DNA of 63,958 bases, counting the filler, from Pelomyxa schiedti (lineage: Eukaryota > Protista > Evosea), in assembly GCA_020536535.1 (NCBI GenBank). It is 8 parts of 8 records of this genome, joined end to end, with 100 filler letters (N's around TTAATTAATTAA, not from the genome) between each part and the next. Parts side by side here need not be neighbours in the genome. Positions count along the whole stretch, not along the records: positions 1 to 27,624 come from JAHLWZ010001029.1; 7 more parts are not named here. One strand, given 5' to 3'. Position numbers and translations under genes: made by a program. Shown in pieces: positions 1-9,342 of the stretch. Every line of letters begins with the position of its first letter. The first letter of the stretch is position 1. The notes beneath the pieces were generated by a model, which did no database searches, was not told where the DNA came from, and saw nothing but the letters and a program-made list of their open reading frames with translations.

Positions 1-2
1 TT

Positions 3-116
3 TGCACAGATGGGTCACACCTCAGGGTGATTGAGCCATTCACTGGGTTCTGTGTCCTCACTCTCAAATTTCCACTCTGTCGGGACCTCACCGTGACACT
101 CCCTTTTTGTTCTTGA
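3..116 (+). CDS. RARDQ-family protein, 3' end (partial at window start)
   Basis: Manual translation CTDGSHLRVIEPFTGFCVLTLKFPLCRDLTVTLPFCS* matches the C-terminus of 12672..14000 (HLRVIEPFTGFCVLTLVFPLCSTLHTTLQFCS*). Confidence 0.85.
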   Translation, partial: CTDGSHLRVIEPFTGFCVLTLKFPLCRDLTVTLPFCS

Positions 117-219
117 ATCCACACAACCAAGCTTGGTTCATCCATCAATTACTGGAACCATGATGCACCCGCCTTCTTCCCCCCCAACAAAGCAAATCAA
201 CCCAGCAACAATGCTACGA

Positions 220-1416
220 CCGACGCCAACGCGCCAAGTTGGTCACGGGCACGCAGAGTGGCTCCCCCCACGAACTCCATCGTAGTACTAGTAGTGGTTC
301 TGTTGCTGCTGCTGTTGTTGGAGGTGGTGGCGGCGGCGGCGGCGGCGTCACCGCTACCACCACTGCAACTGCAACAGCCACTGGTGCCACAGCGATAGCG
401 GCCGCGACGGCGTCCACCGCCACCACGTTGGCGACCGAGGGACACGTTTTGGCCAGGTTGGTGTGGGACCTGGTGGCGTCGACGGCCGGGTCGTTGCTGG
501 TCACGGCGGACGACTGGGACCACCCAGAGAGGGATGAACGTGACACAGAGTCGAGGTGCTTGTGCGTGAGGGTGTCGCCGCTGCTCAGCGCCGTGGGCGA
601 GATACAGGACAGGGCGCCGGTGTGCAAGTACTTGTGGGTGGACGACACAAGGTACCTGGATGATGGGTTCCGTGTCGAGGAGGAAGTGCGGAGTAATGGT
701 GGCGTGGGTGTTGTTCTACCACCACGCGCCAAACCAGTGAGGGTGGAGGAGGGATGGCGGTGTGGTGGTCTGTGAGTCGTGCCTCAGGTTCGATTGGCAA
801 AGGCCCGATGAGTTGCTTCTTGTCGTTGTGAGAAAATCAAGGACCCCAGAGTCGTCAATCGTTGCCCTTGTGATTGATGTGGAGCAGACACACTCAAACG
901 GCACACTGTGTGTCCTCAGCACCACCTCGTGGGCATCCCCATTTGCTTGTCTCACGTCCACCTTTGTGATGAGGAAGAAAAGTGGTGCCCGTTGTTTCAT
1001 CTGCTCAGAACACCTCGATAGAGGTAAAATGCGTGGTGTTGCAGTTGAAGAAACTACTGGGCGTGTCACACCACTTTCCCCATACACTTGGTCTGACCCT
1101 GTGAGTGACTCTGTGTTCCTCTCTTGCAGAACACAACTTCCTGTTGATTTGTGATTGCAATGACCCAACCAATCCCTCAAAAGTGGGTGTCTCCCCCATC
1201 ATGTCCACCACCAATTCCCATTGCTCCGACAAGAAACCCCCCCGCCACCGCCGTGGGGACAACTTCGAGGTGCAAGCACAGTCAGGGCTTGTCCTGTGCA
1301 CAGCAGGGCCACACTTGAGGGTGATTGAGCCATTCACTGGGTTCTGTGTTGTGACTCTCACATTTCCACTGTTCAAGGAAATCCGCATTACACTCATGTC
1401 CACAGAAGCTTTGTGA
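220..1416 (+). pseudogene. RARDQ-family pseudogene (inverted 5' end, internal deletions, frameshifts)
   Basis: Three + frames (239..775, 762..1154, 1105..1416) each match 5863..7317. The N-terminal MEFVGGATLRARDQLGALAS lies on the minus strand (220..280). There is a 180-nt deletion at 776/777 and an 11-nt deletion near 1121. Confidence 0.85.
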
Positions 1417-1520
1417 CAGTGGCAACCAAACCATCTCTGCTCCAAGCCAAAAAAAAAAAGCTGGATCAAGTAAAAAAAACCAGAGCAACCATGCTGACAT
1501 CCTCAAATGAGGAGAAGGCG

Positions 1521-2972
1521 ATGGAGTTCGTTATGGGGGGCGACAACAACAACAACCCCGTTCTGCGTGCCCGCGACCAACTTGGCGCGTTGGCGTCGGC
1601 GTCGTCGACCACCTCCGGTCGTCGTCGTCGTCGCGCTGCGACCGCAAATGCAACAGCCGATGACGAAATAGCCACCGCCGCGACCGGCACCACGTTGGTG
1701 CTCGCGACGGAGGGGCACGTTGTGGCCAGGATGGTGTGGGACCTGGTGGCGTCGACGGCCAGGTCGTTGCTGGTCACGGTGGTTGGCAGGGACGACTGGA
1801 GGAACAGGGCCGGCGATAGGAGCTTGTGCGTGAGGGTATCGCCGCTGCTGCTCAGCGTCGTGGGCGAGATACAGGACAGGGCGCCGGCGTGGAGCACCTT
1901 GTGGGTGGATGACACGCGGTATTTGTGGGATAGATTCGATTCTGATGATCTCAGTGAAGTGCAGAGTCACAGCGGTGGCGGTGTATGTGCCGCTGTGGTT
2001 CAACCACGTACCAAACCAGTGAGGAAGTGGAGACTGTACAGTGATGCTGGCCTTGGGAGGAGGGATGACGGTGTGGTTGTTTGTGAGGAGCCTGTGGGGT
2101 TCATACACGAGTGTAAGGCTGCCAACTCAAAGTGGCTGGTACTGCTTGGTCGTGGAGAGAGTGGTGGTGAGAAGGTGCTTCTTGTTCATCGTTTTGATCG
2201 TTGCAGGAACATGATCGGTGAGTTCTCCCATTACAAGGTTCCACTGGACCTCATTGCTGATGGTGACACACTGAGAGGTGCACCCACACCAATTAGGTTC
2301 GATGGGCAAAGGCCTGATGAGTTGCTTCTTGTCGTTGTGAGAAAATCAAGGTCGGCAGATACGTCAATAGTTGCATCTGTGATTGATGTGGAGCAGACAC
2401 ACTCAAACGGCACACTGTGTGTCCTCAGCACCACCTCGTGGCCATCCCCATTTGCTTGTCTCACATCCACCTTTGTGATGAGGAAGAAAAGTGGTGCCCG
2501 TTGTTTCATCTGCACACAACACATCTCTGTTCCCAGGACTGGAACAGAGTACCTAGATGGATGTAAAATGTGTGGCTTTGCAGTTGAAGAAACAACTGGG
2601 CATGTCACACCGCTTGCCCCATACACTTGGTTTGACCCTGTGAATGACTCTGTGTTCCTCATCAGGGCTCCTCTTGCAGAACACAACTGCCTGTTGATTT
2701 GTGATTGCAATGACCCAACCAACCCCTCAAAAGTGGTTGTCTCCTCCATCATGTACACCACAAATTCCAACTGTTCAGATGTTCAGGAGGAACCACTCCA
2801 CAGCCACGGCCGTGACAACTTTGATGTACATGCACAGTCAGGGTTCGTTGTGTGCACAGCAGGGCCACACTTGAGGGTGATTGATCCATTCACTGGGTTC
2901 TGTGTTGTCACTCTCACATTTCCACTGTTCAAGGAAATCAGCTTTAATCTCATGTCCACGCAAGCTTTGTGA
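1521..2972 (+). CDS. RARDQ-family protein (subgroup A), intronless
   Basis: Open ORF with motifs RARDQLGAL, GHVVARMVWDLV, CVRVSPLLL, NSKW, RPDELLL, VIDVEQTH, CDCNDP, VIDPFTG. Start chosen by homology to 5863 (MEF); an alternative ATG is at 1491. Confidence 0.85.
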   Translation: MEFVMGGDNNNNPVLRARDQLGALASASSTTSGRRRRRAATANATADDEIATAATGTTLVLATEGHVVARMVWDLVASTARSLLVTVVGRDDWRNRAGDRSLCVRVSPLLLSVVGEIQDRAPAWSTLWVDDTRYLWDRFDSDDLSEVQSHSGGGVCAAVVQPRTKPVRKWRLYSDAGLGRRDDGVVVCEEPVGFIHECKAANSKWLVLLGRGESGGEKVLLVHRFDRCRNMIGEFSHYKVPLDLIADGDTLRGAPTPIRFDGQRPDELLLVVVRKSRSADTSIVASVIDVEQTHSNGTLCVLSTTSWPSPFACLTSTFVMRKKSGARCFICTQHISVPRTGTEYLDGCKMCGFAVEETTGHVTPLAPYTWFDPVNDSVFLIRAPLAEHNCLLICDCNDPTNPSKVVVSSIMYTTNSNCSDVQEEPLHSHGRDNFDVHAQSGFVVCTAGPHLRVIDPFTGFCVVTLTFPLFKEISFNLMSTQAL

Positions 2973-3098
2973 CAGTGGCAAACAACCATCTTTGTTCCAA
3001 GCCTTTGGAACAAACCAAAACATTTTTTCTTTTATAATCCTATCTCAGGACCCAGCACGGCATCACTCATTTAATTCCCCGAATTTGTAGATCAATGT

Positions 3099-4373
3099 GT
3101 GTTGAAACGGCTGCGCCTCACTCGGCTACACACAACATCGACAACACCACTAGCAGCACAAGCACTTATCATTGAACAGGCCTATGGGTGCCATATTGTG
3201 GCCAGACTGGTGTGGGACCTGGTTGTATCAACGGCGAGGGTGTTTGTATTTGAAGTTGATGGCCGGGATGATGCTGGAGAGGACGAGGAAGAGTGCGCCC
3301 TCACATTGAGGAGTTGCTTGTGCATGAGGCTGTCACCGCTGCTGCTCAGCGTCGTGGGTGAGATACAGGACAGAGTTGTGGTGCCCCGCTACACTTGCGT
3401 CAACAGGGAGTGCCTGTGGGTGGATGACAGGAGCTACCTGATGGCGCACTCTCAGCTGCGGGGCCCTGATTCTGGAAAACCACCTGTGAGGTGGTTACTG
3501 CACAGGGGAGGAGCAGACTGTGCACCTTGTGGGAAGAGGGAGGATGACGCTGTGGTTGTTTTCGAGGAGCCTGTGTGGTTCAGATGCCAGTGCCAGGCAG
3601 CCAACTCCAAGTGGATGGTTCTGCTTGGTGGGGGGAGTGGAGAGAAGGTGCTTATTGTTCACCAGCTAGGGGACAACAGGGTCAGTAGATTCTCGCAGCA
3701 CAAGGTGCCACTGGAACTCCTGATTGATGGTGACACTCCAGCAGGTGCCTTCTTAAGGTTCAATGGGCCAATGTCTGATGAATTGCTCCTTGTGGTAATC
3801 AGAACATCCAGGTTGGTCGACCTGTCGATGAGGGTGATCGACGTGGCTCAGACCAACGCCACTGGGGCACTGTGTGTCCTCAGTGCAACGAAATCCCCAA
3901 CCCCTAGAATTTGTCATTCAGTTCCCTTTGCAATGAGTAAACAAATTGGAGACCAGTGTTTCATCTTCACAGCAGCCACACATGATCCTGGAACTGGTAA
4001 CACGAGGGGTCCAGTTACAGTGGAAGAACTCAGTGCCCACAAAAAAGGCCTTGCCGCGTTCACTCACTCATCATGGTTTGACCCTGTGAGCGTCTCTGTG
4101 TTCTGCATCAAAGATGGTGCTGAACAGAACAACATGTTGAGTTGTGGCTGCAGCAACCCCACAAACCACTTAAAAGTGGAAGTGTCCAACCGACGATATC
4201 CTTCAACAGATAACAACAGGTTACCTCTCACAGTGCAGTCTGAATCAGAGTTCCTCTTCTGCACAACTGGATCTCAGATCACAGTCATTGAGCCACTCAC
4301 TGGATTCTGTTATCTCACACTCCAATTTCCACAGTGCGAGAGGATCACAACAGCTCTCCTCTATTCTTCTTGA
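3099..4373 (+). CDS. RARDQ-family protein, divergent; lacks the RARDQ motif and an in-frame ATG before the conserved block (possibly 5'-decayed)
   Basis: 424-codon ORF with CHIVARLVWDLV, CMRLSPLLL, NSKW, VIDVAQT, VIEPLTG. The ORF opens on GTG. Confidence 0.65.
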   Translation: MLKRLRLTRLHTTSTTPLAAQALIIEQAYGCHIVARLVWDLVVSTARVFVFEVDGRDDAGEDEEECALTLRSCLCMRLSPLLLSVVGEIQDRVVVPRYTCVNRECLWVDDRSYLMAHSQLRGPDSGKPPVRWLLHRGGADCAPCGKREDDAVVVFEEPVWFRCQCQAANSKWMVLLGGGSGEKVLIVHQLGDNRVSRFSQHKVPLELLIDGDTPAGAFLRFNGPMSDELLLVVIRTSRLVDLSMRVIDVAQTNATGALCVLSATKSPTPRICHSVPFAMSKQIGDQCFIFTAATHDPGTGNTRGPVTVEELSAHKKGLAAFTHSSWFDPVSVSVFCIKDGAEQNNMLSCGCSNPTNHLKVEVSNRRYPSTDNNRLPLTVQSESEFLFCTTGSQITVIEPLTGFCYLTLQFPQCERITTALLYSS

Positions 4374-4519
4374 CCAATCAAATCGACTGGGGAAGTGGAG
4401 ACAGGAAGTAAAACGCTGCATGCAATCATTACAGCCACCTTATTATTCTTTATAACCATCACCACACCCTTCAGGGAAATCGAAAACCCTCATCACATTT
4501 GCGCGATTTTTTAAAAACA

Positions 4520-5788
4520 ATGGAGCTTGCCGTGATAAACACCCTGCGCGCCCGCGACCAAGTTGGCGTGCTCGCATCGGCGGAGGCCCGCCATCCCACA
4601 AGTGAGACTGCCGCCGGAGTGCTGGTGACGGAGGGGCACCTCGTGGCCAAGTTGGTGTGGGACCTGGTTGCGTCCACGGCCACGGCGTTTGTGCTCAGGG
4701 TCGAAAAGAGAGGGGTCGCGAGTGACATGCGCGTGAGGGTGTCGCCGCTGCTGCTCGGAATTGTGGGAGAGATACAGGACGGCGGAGAGTGCCGCTGGGC
4801 AGTCGTGGTTAATGGCTCAAGGTACATGTTGCAGCCATGTAATTATGGCTGCACTGAGGGGAAATGGGTTGTACTGTACACTGGTTCCAAGCCTGCTGTG
4901 GCAGACTCGGAGGAGGAGGAGGAGAGTAGCAGGAGGAGGGATGATGGAGGAGCGGTGGTGCTCTGTCAGGAGCCAGAGTGGTTTGAAAGAGAGCGAGTTG
5001 TAGCCACTCTCAAGTGGATTGCTCTGTATGGTGGCATGGAGTTCTCACTGGCCAGGGAAAAGTTTCTTCTCCTTCATCGTTTGGAGGACGGGAGCAGTTC
5101 TGGATTTACTCAATGCAGCTTTCCACTGACTATCGTTGGTGATGATGTTAATGCCTTCATGAAAGTGAGAACGTGTGATGACAACCAGTTACTGCTAGAC
5201 AAGAATGAACACTTTGGTGAGGTGCACACAATCACCGTCATTGATGTGGAGCAGACACAAGTGACAGGAAGGCTGTGTGTTGTAAGCACCACAACGTTCT
5301 CATGTCCTGGACTTCGAATCCAGGACTTGTGTGTCATGAGGAAGCACGGGAGCGGAGCGGCCCGTTCTTTTTTCGGCACAGGAGTTGTACCTGATCCTGT
5401 CAAGCCTCTAAAAATGAGATGTATTGGGTTTTCAGTTGAGGAGGTCAGTGGCCATTTCGCACAACTGGGACCATACACTCACGTTCAACCTGTCAACGAT
5501 TCTGTGCTCTTCATCAGGGATTGCACTGACAATGTGTTCATATGTGATTGCAATGATCCCACCAATACATCGCCAGTGGTTGTGCCCCCGCCATTCCAGA
5601 GTGATGGTACTGACAACAATGGTAGAGTGATCCCAGGAATAACTTGGCACGTTTATGTGAAATCAGGGTTTCTCTTCTTTTCTGACTGGTCACACATCAC
5701 AGTGATTGAACCACTCACTGGATCCTGTGTACTCACACTGCAGGAGAGACTGGGTGGGATTTTCTTGTCTCCACCAATCACTTGCTGA
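4520..5788 (+). CDS. RARDQ-family protein (subgroup C), intronless
   Basis: MELAVINTLRARDQVGVL...GHLVAKLVWDLV; closest to 17843..19120. Confidence 0.85.
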   Translation: MELAVINTLRARDQVGVLASAEARHPTSETAAGVLVTEGHLVAKLVWDLVASTATAFVLRVEKRGVASDMRVRVSPLLLGIVGEIQDGGECRWAVVVNGSRYMLQPCNYGCTEGKWVVLYTGSKPAVADSEEEEESSRRRDDGGAVVLCQEPEWFERERVVATLKWIALYGGMEFSLAREKFLLLHRLEDGSSSGFTQCSFPLTIVGDDVNAFMKVRTCDDNQLLLDKNEHFGEVHTITVIDVEQTQVTGRLCVVSTTTFSCPGLRIQDLCVMRKHGSGAARSFFGTGVVPDPVKPLKMRCIGFSVEEVSGHFAQLGPYTHVQPVNDSVLFIRDCTDNVFICDCNDPTNTSPVVVPPPFQSDGTDNNGRVIPGITWHVYVKSGFLFFSDWSHITVIEPLTGSCVLTLQERLGGIFLSPPITC

Positions 5789-5862
5789 AGGAAGATGATG
5801 CACTGTTATCTGATTTCGAATAATAATCAGCTTTTCCTCTTCACCAACAAGATAAGAAGACG

Positions 5863-7317
5863 ATGGAGTTCGCGGTGGGGGGCAACACTCTGCGTGCCCG
5901 TGACCAACTTGGCGCGTTGGCGTCGGCGTCGTCGACCACCTCTCGTCGTGGTGACGTCACCGTGACGACGGCGGCCACCACCACTGCAACTGCAAATGCC
6001 ACTGCCACCGCCACCGCTACCACAACAACAACGTCCACCACCACATTGGCCACGGAGGGGCACGTTTTGGCCAGGTTGGTGTGGGACCTGGTGGCGTCGA
6101 CGGCCAGATCGTTTGTGGTCACGGTGGACGACTGGTACGGGACAGAGAAGGATGAACGTCACACGAAGTCGAGGTGCCTGTGCGCGAGGGTGTCGCCACT
6201 GCTGCTCAGCATCGTGGGCGAGGTGCAGGACAGGGCGCCGGTGCGCCACTTCTTGTGGGTGGACGACACGAGGTACCTGGATGATACGTGTGATGCCACG
6301 GAGGAAGCGCAGAGTAATCGTGGTGCTGGTGGGTCCGCTGCTGCTGTGGTCCTGCCACCTGACAAACCAGTGAGGAGGTGGAGACTGTACAACGCTCGTG
6401 ATGCTGGGCCAGGGTGGCGGGAGAGGAGGGGTGATGGCGTGGTGGTCTGTGAGGAGCCCGTGGAGTTCAGAAACGAGTATCAAGTTGTCAACACAAAGTG
6501 GATGGTGATACTTGGTTGTGGAGAGAGGGGTGGTGAGAATGAGCTTCTTGTTCATCGCTTCAACGACGACAGGAACAGGATTGGTGGATTTTCCACTTTC
6601 AAGGTTCCAGTGGACTTCATTGCTGAGGGTGGTTCGTGCCTCAGGTTCGATTGGCAAAGGCCCGATGAGTTGCTTCTTGTGGTTGTGAGAAAAGCAAGGA
6701 CTGCAGAGTCATCAATCGTGGCCCTTGTGATTGATGTGGAGCAGACACACTCGAACGGAACACTGTGCGTCCTCAGCATCACCTCGTGGCCATCCCCATT
6801 TGCTTGTCTCATATCCACCTTTGTGATGAGGAAGAAAAGTGGTGCCCGTTATTTCATCTGCACAGAACACATTGATAGAGGTGAAATGCGTGGTGTTGCA
6901 GTTGAAGAAACAACTGGGCGTGTCACACCACTTTCCCCATACACTCGGTTTGACCCTGTGAGTGACTCTGTGTTCCTCATCACGGATCGTCTTGCAGAAC
7001 ACAACTGCCTGTTGATTTGTGATTGCAATGACCCAACCAACCCCTCAAAAGTGGGTGTCTCCCCCATCAAGTCTACCACCAATTCCCATTGCTCCGACGG
7101 GAAACCCCCCCGCCACCGCTGTGGGGACAACTTTGAGGTGCATGCACAGTCAGGGTTCGTTGTGTGCACAGCAGGGCCACACTTGAGGGTGATTGAGCCA
7201 TTCACTGGGTTCTGTGTTGTGACTCTCACATTTCCACTGTTCAAGGAAATCCGCATTACACTCATGTCCACGACAACCATCTTTTGTGTGGGAATAAAAT
7301 CAAGTCCCACTGAGTGA
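5863..7317 (+). CDS. RARDQ-family protein (subgroup A), intronless
   Basis: 484-aa ORF with all family motifs and near-identical DNA blocks to 345..1416 and 1521..2972. Confidence 0.88.
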   Translation: MEFAVGGNTLRARDQLGALASASSTTSRRGDVTVTTAATTTATANATATATATTTTTSTTTLATEGHVLARLVWDLVASTARSFVVTVDDWYGTEKDERHTKSRCLCARVSPLLLSIVGEVQDRAPVRHFLWVDDTRYLDDTCDATEEAQSNRGAGGSAAAVVLPPDKPVRRWRLYNARDAGPGWRERRGDGVVVCEEPVEFRNEYQVVNTKWMVILGCGERGGENELLVHRFNDDRNRIGGFSTFKVPVDFIAEGGSCLRFDWQRPDELLLVVVRKARTAESSIVALVIDVEQTHSNGTLCVLSITSWPSPFACLISTFVMRKKSGARYFICTEHIDRGEMRGVAVEETTGRVTPLSPYTRFDPVSDSVFLITDRLAEHNCLLICDCNDPTNPSKVGVSPIKSTTNSHCSDGKPPRHRCGDNFEVHAQSGFVVCTAGPHLRVIEPFTGFCVVTLTFPLFKEIRITLMSTTTIFCVGIKSSPTE

Positions 7318-7379
7318 ACCAACCAATAATCACAGATTTAAAATCAAAACAGACGAAAAAACTACTCCAACAGTTGAAG

Positions 7380-7458
7380 ATGGGGACAACAACCCCATTC
7401 GGCGCGTTGGCGTCCACCACCTCCCGAACCTCCCGCTGTTGTAGTTGATGTGGAGTGA
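7380..7458 (+). pseudogene. Heavily deleted RARDQ-family relic
   Basis: atggggacaacaacccc...ggcgcgttggcgtc...accacctcc matches 1533-1617 in collapsed form, followed by gttgtagttgatgtggag (VVVDVE motif). Confidence 0.45.
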
Positions 7459-7554
7459 CAAAAATGATGGCTCTCCATCAACATTGGTTACAGGATAGAA
7501 ATTCAGTAGTGTTTAAAACAAAACCCAAAGATTCACGTGCTCGTAGTCAGGCCA

Positions 7555-9155
7555 TCATGATGTGCTGCTCCATGATGAGGCAAAAGACAATGAGGAGGAC
7601 AGTGATGATGAGAGTCCTGAAGATAAGGAGGAGTAATGGTCGTGGATCGGGTATTCCGTGTCCCACACATCGATAAGGAATGCTGTGAGGAACCCAAGGA
7701 GTGTTGACAGACCTGAGAGGTTCTGTGCGTGGAAGTAGGCCTCCGGCAGAACAGTCTGTGCTACCATGGTCAGCATTGCCCCGGCTGCAAGTCCCTCAAT
7801 GCAGAGCTCAAAATAGAAGAGCCACCCTGGATTAAATTAAATTATAAAATAAAAATTAAACGCAAAATAAAAACCTGAGCTGGCATAAGGGAGAGCAAGG
7901 GCTGTGATACAGGCTCCAAATCCGGTTCCAAGGCACAGGGATCCCCTTGAAAGCAGTGAATTATTAATTAATAATTAATAATTCACACCACATGAGCATA
8001 ATTTTGAGTCGGGACATCCCATGCTCTCTCATATTTGCCGCAGCTGAAAGAGCTTCAGGAAGATTTGACATGAAAACGCCAACAATAAATGCTGGGCTCA
8101 TGCCGGTGTCAGAACATGTCATAATTCCAATGTATATGGACTCTGGAATGCCATCCAGTAGAATTCTTTGTGGATAATTAGGAAAAGTTGAAATCAATTG
8201 AGCAAAGGAAGAACCCAAGCCAAATCGCCACCCCAAAATATGACTGCGGAGGCTGATGTGCTGCAGGATGTGAGATGGCCTCCATCTCGTCAGTTGGTGA
8301 ATCGGGACCTTCCATGGGTTCTGGAAGGGCTGGTGTGTGAATTAGGTTACCTACCGGCCCCAGGTCGTCGTGGGGGTGTAAAATGGGGACCGATTCGATG
8401 TCGTGATTCTCCCGCTTGCAGCACGAACATCGGAATACAAAGTGGAAAGCTCGATTGCAGGCCTGAGTAATTAGTGGTTTTGTTGTGCGTCGGCCTTTGG
8501 GGATAATCTTATTTACTTTATTAATACCATGCTCTTTGATGTACTTTTCTATCTGCAGCACTGCATGGGCAATTTCCTTTTTTGTGGACTGCCAATTTGT
8601 CAATTTGTTGAGCACAAAAAAGAATACTCCTCCAATAAAGGCAGCCGGGGCAAGCACTCCAACTAGAGCCTGTGCAGTAAAAATAAACTGAAGGTTGGAA
8701 ACAAAGAGTTGGAAAATATGCGTGTACCACAGTTGTGGCGTTTTCATTTGTCATTGCCTCACCAAACAGCTCCAGAGTCAGTGCGAAAATAAGGGTTCCT
8801 CCTCCAAATGCTAGCAACACAGCTATCACCTGCACAGTGTTAATTAGACACGAAAAAGACTTTCCACCCATATAATACCACATCACCAGGATACTTGACT
8901 ATCCCAACTGCTGCCCCCTACACGAAAATAAGGGGTTTGTGGAAATAAGGGGTAGAATTTTAATAAATCAATAACAAAACCATACAGCAGGAAGAGACAC
9001 AGCGGACACCGTACCCCACATCAACCTGTATTTATTATAAATAAAATAGGTATATTTTCATACCATATTATTTTTTTAAAATGCTGCTTTTATGGATACA
9101 CACAAAACCCCCACCCCAAACGACTCGGCCAAAATGCGCCCAGTGCATACGCCAT
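7555..9155 (-). CDS. ZIP-family (ZupT/GufA-like) metal transporter, multi-exon
   Basis: Exon translations LMWGTVSAVSLP, VIAVLLAFGGGTLIFALTLELFGEA, ILLDGIPESIYIG, VFMSNLPEALSAA, IEGLAAGAMLTMVAQTVLPEAY. These correspond to the ZIP TM4/TM5 PE motifs and the C-terminal (M/L)PEA motif. Start is approximate. Confidence 0.85.
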
Positions 9156-9342
9156 GAGTCATAATACCGGCTGCCCAGCGTCATCCTGTGATCAACTTAT
9201 ATTTGTTGGTGGCGATGCCTTGCCTCCGACACACAGACAACAAACCCCTTCGTTCAGCCAATAACTAATTTAATGTGAATCTTCGAAGTTCCACGTGAAT
9301 GTATTTTCACCATCACTGGGCGGAGATGATACACCCTCAAAA

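Noticed and set aside
1413-7317. Bacterial operon
   Set aside because: The same contig carries spliceosomal-intron genes (ZIP, PRMT3, RhoGEF); no Shine-Dalgarno pattern is evident.
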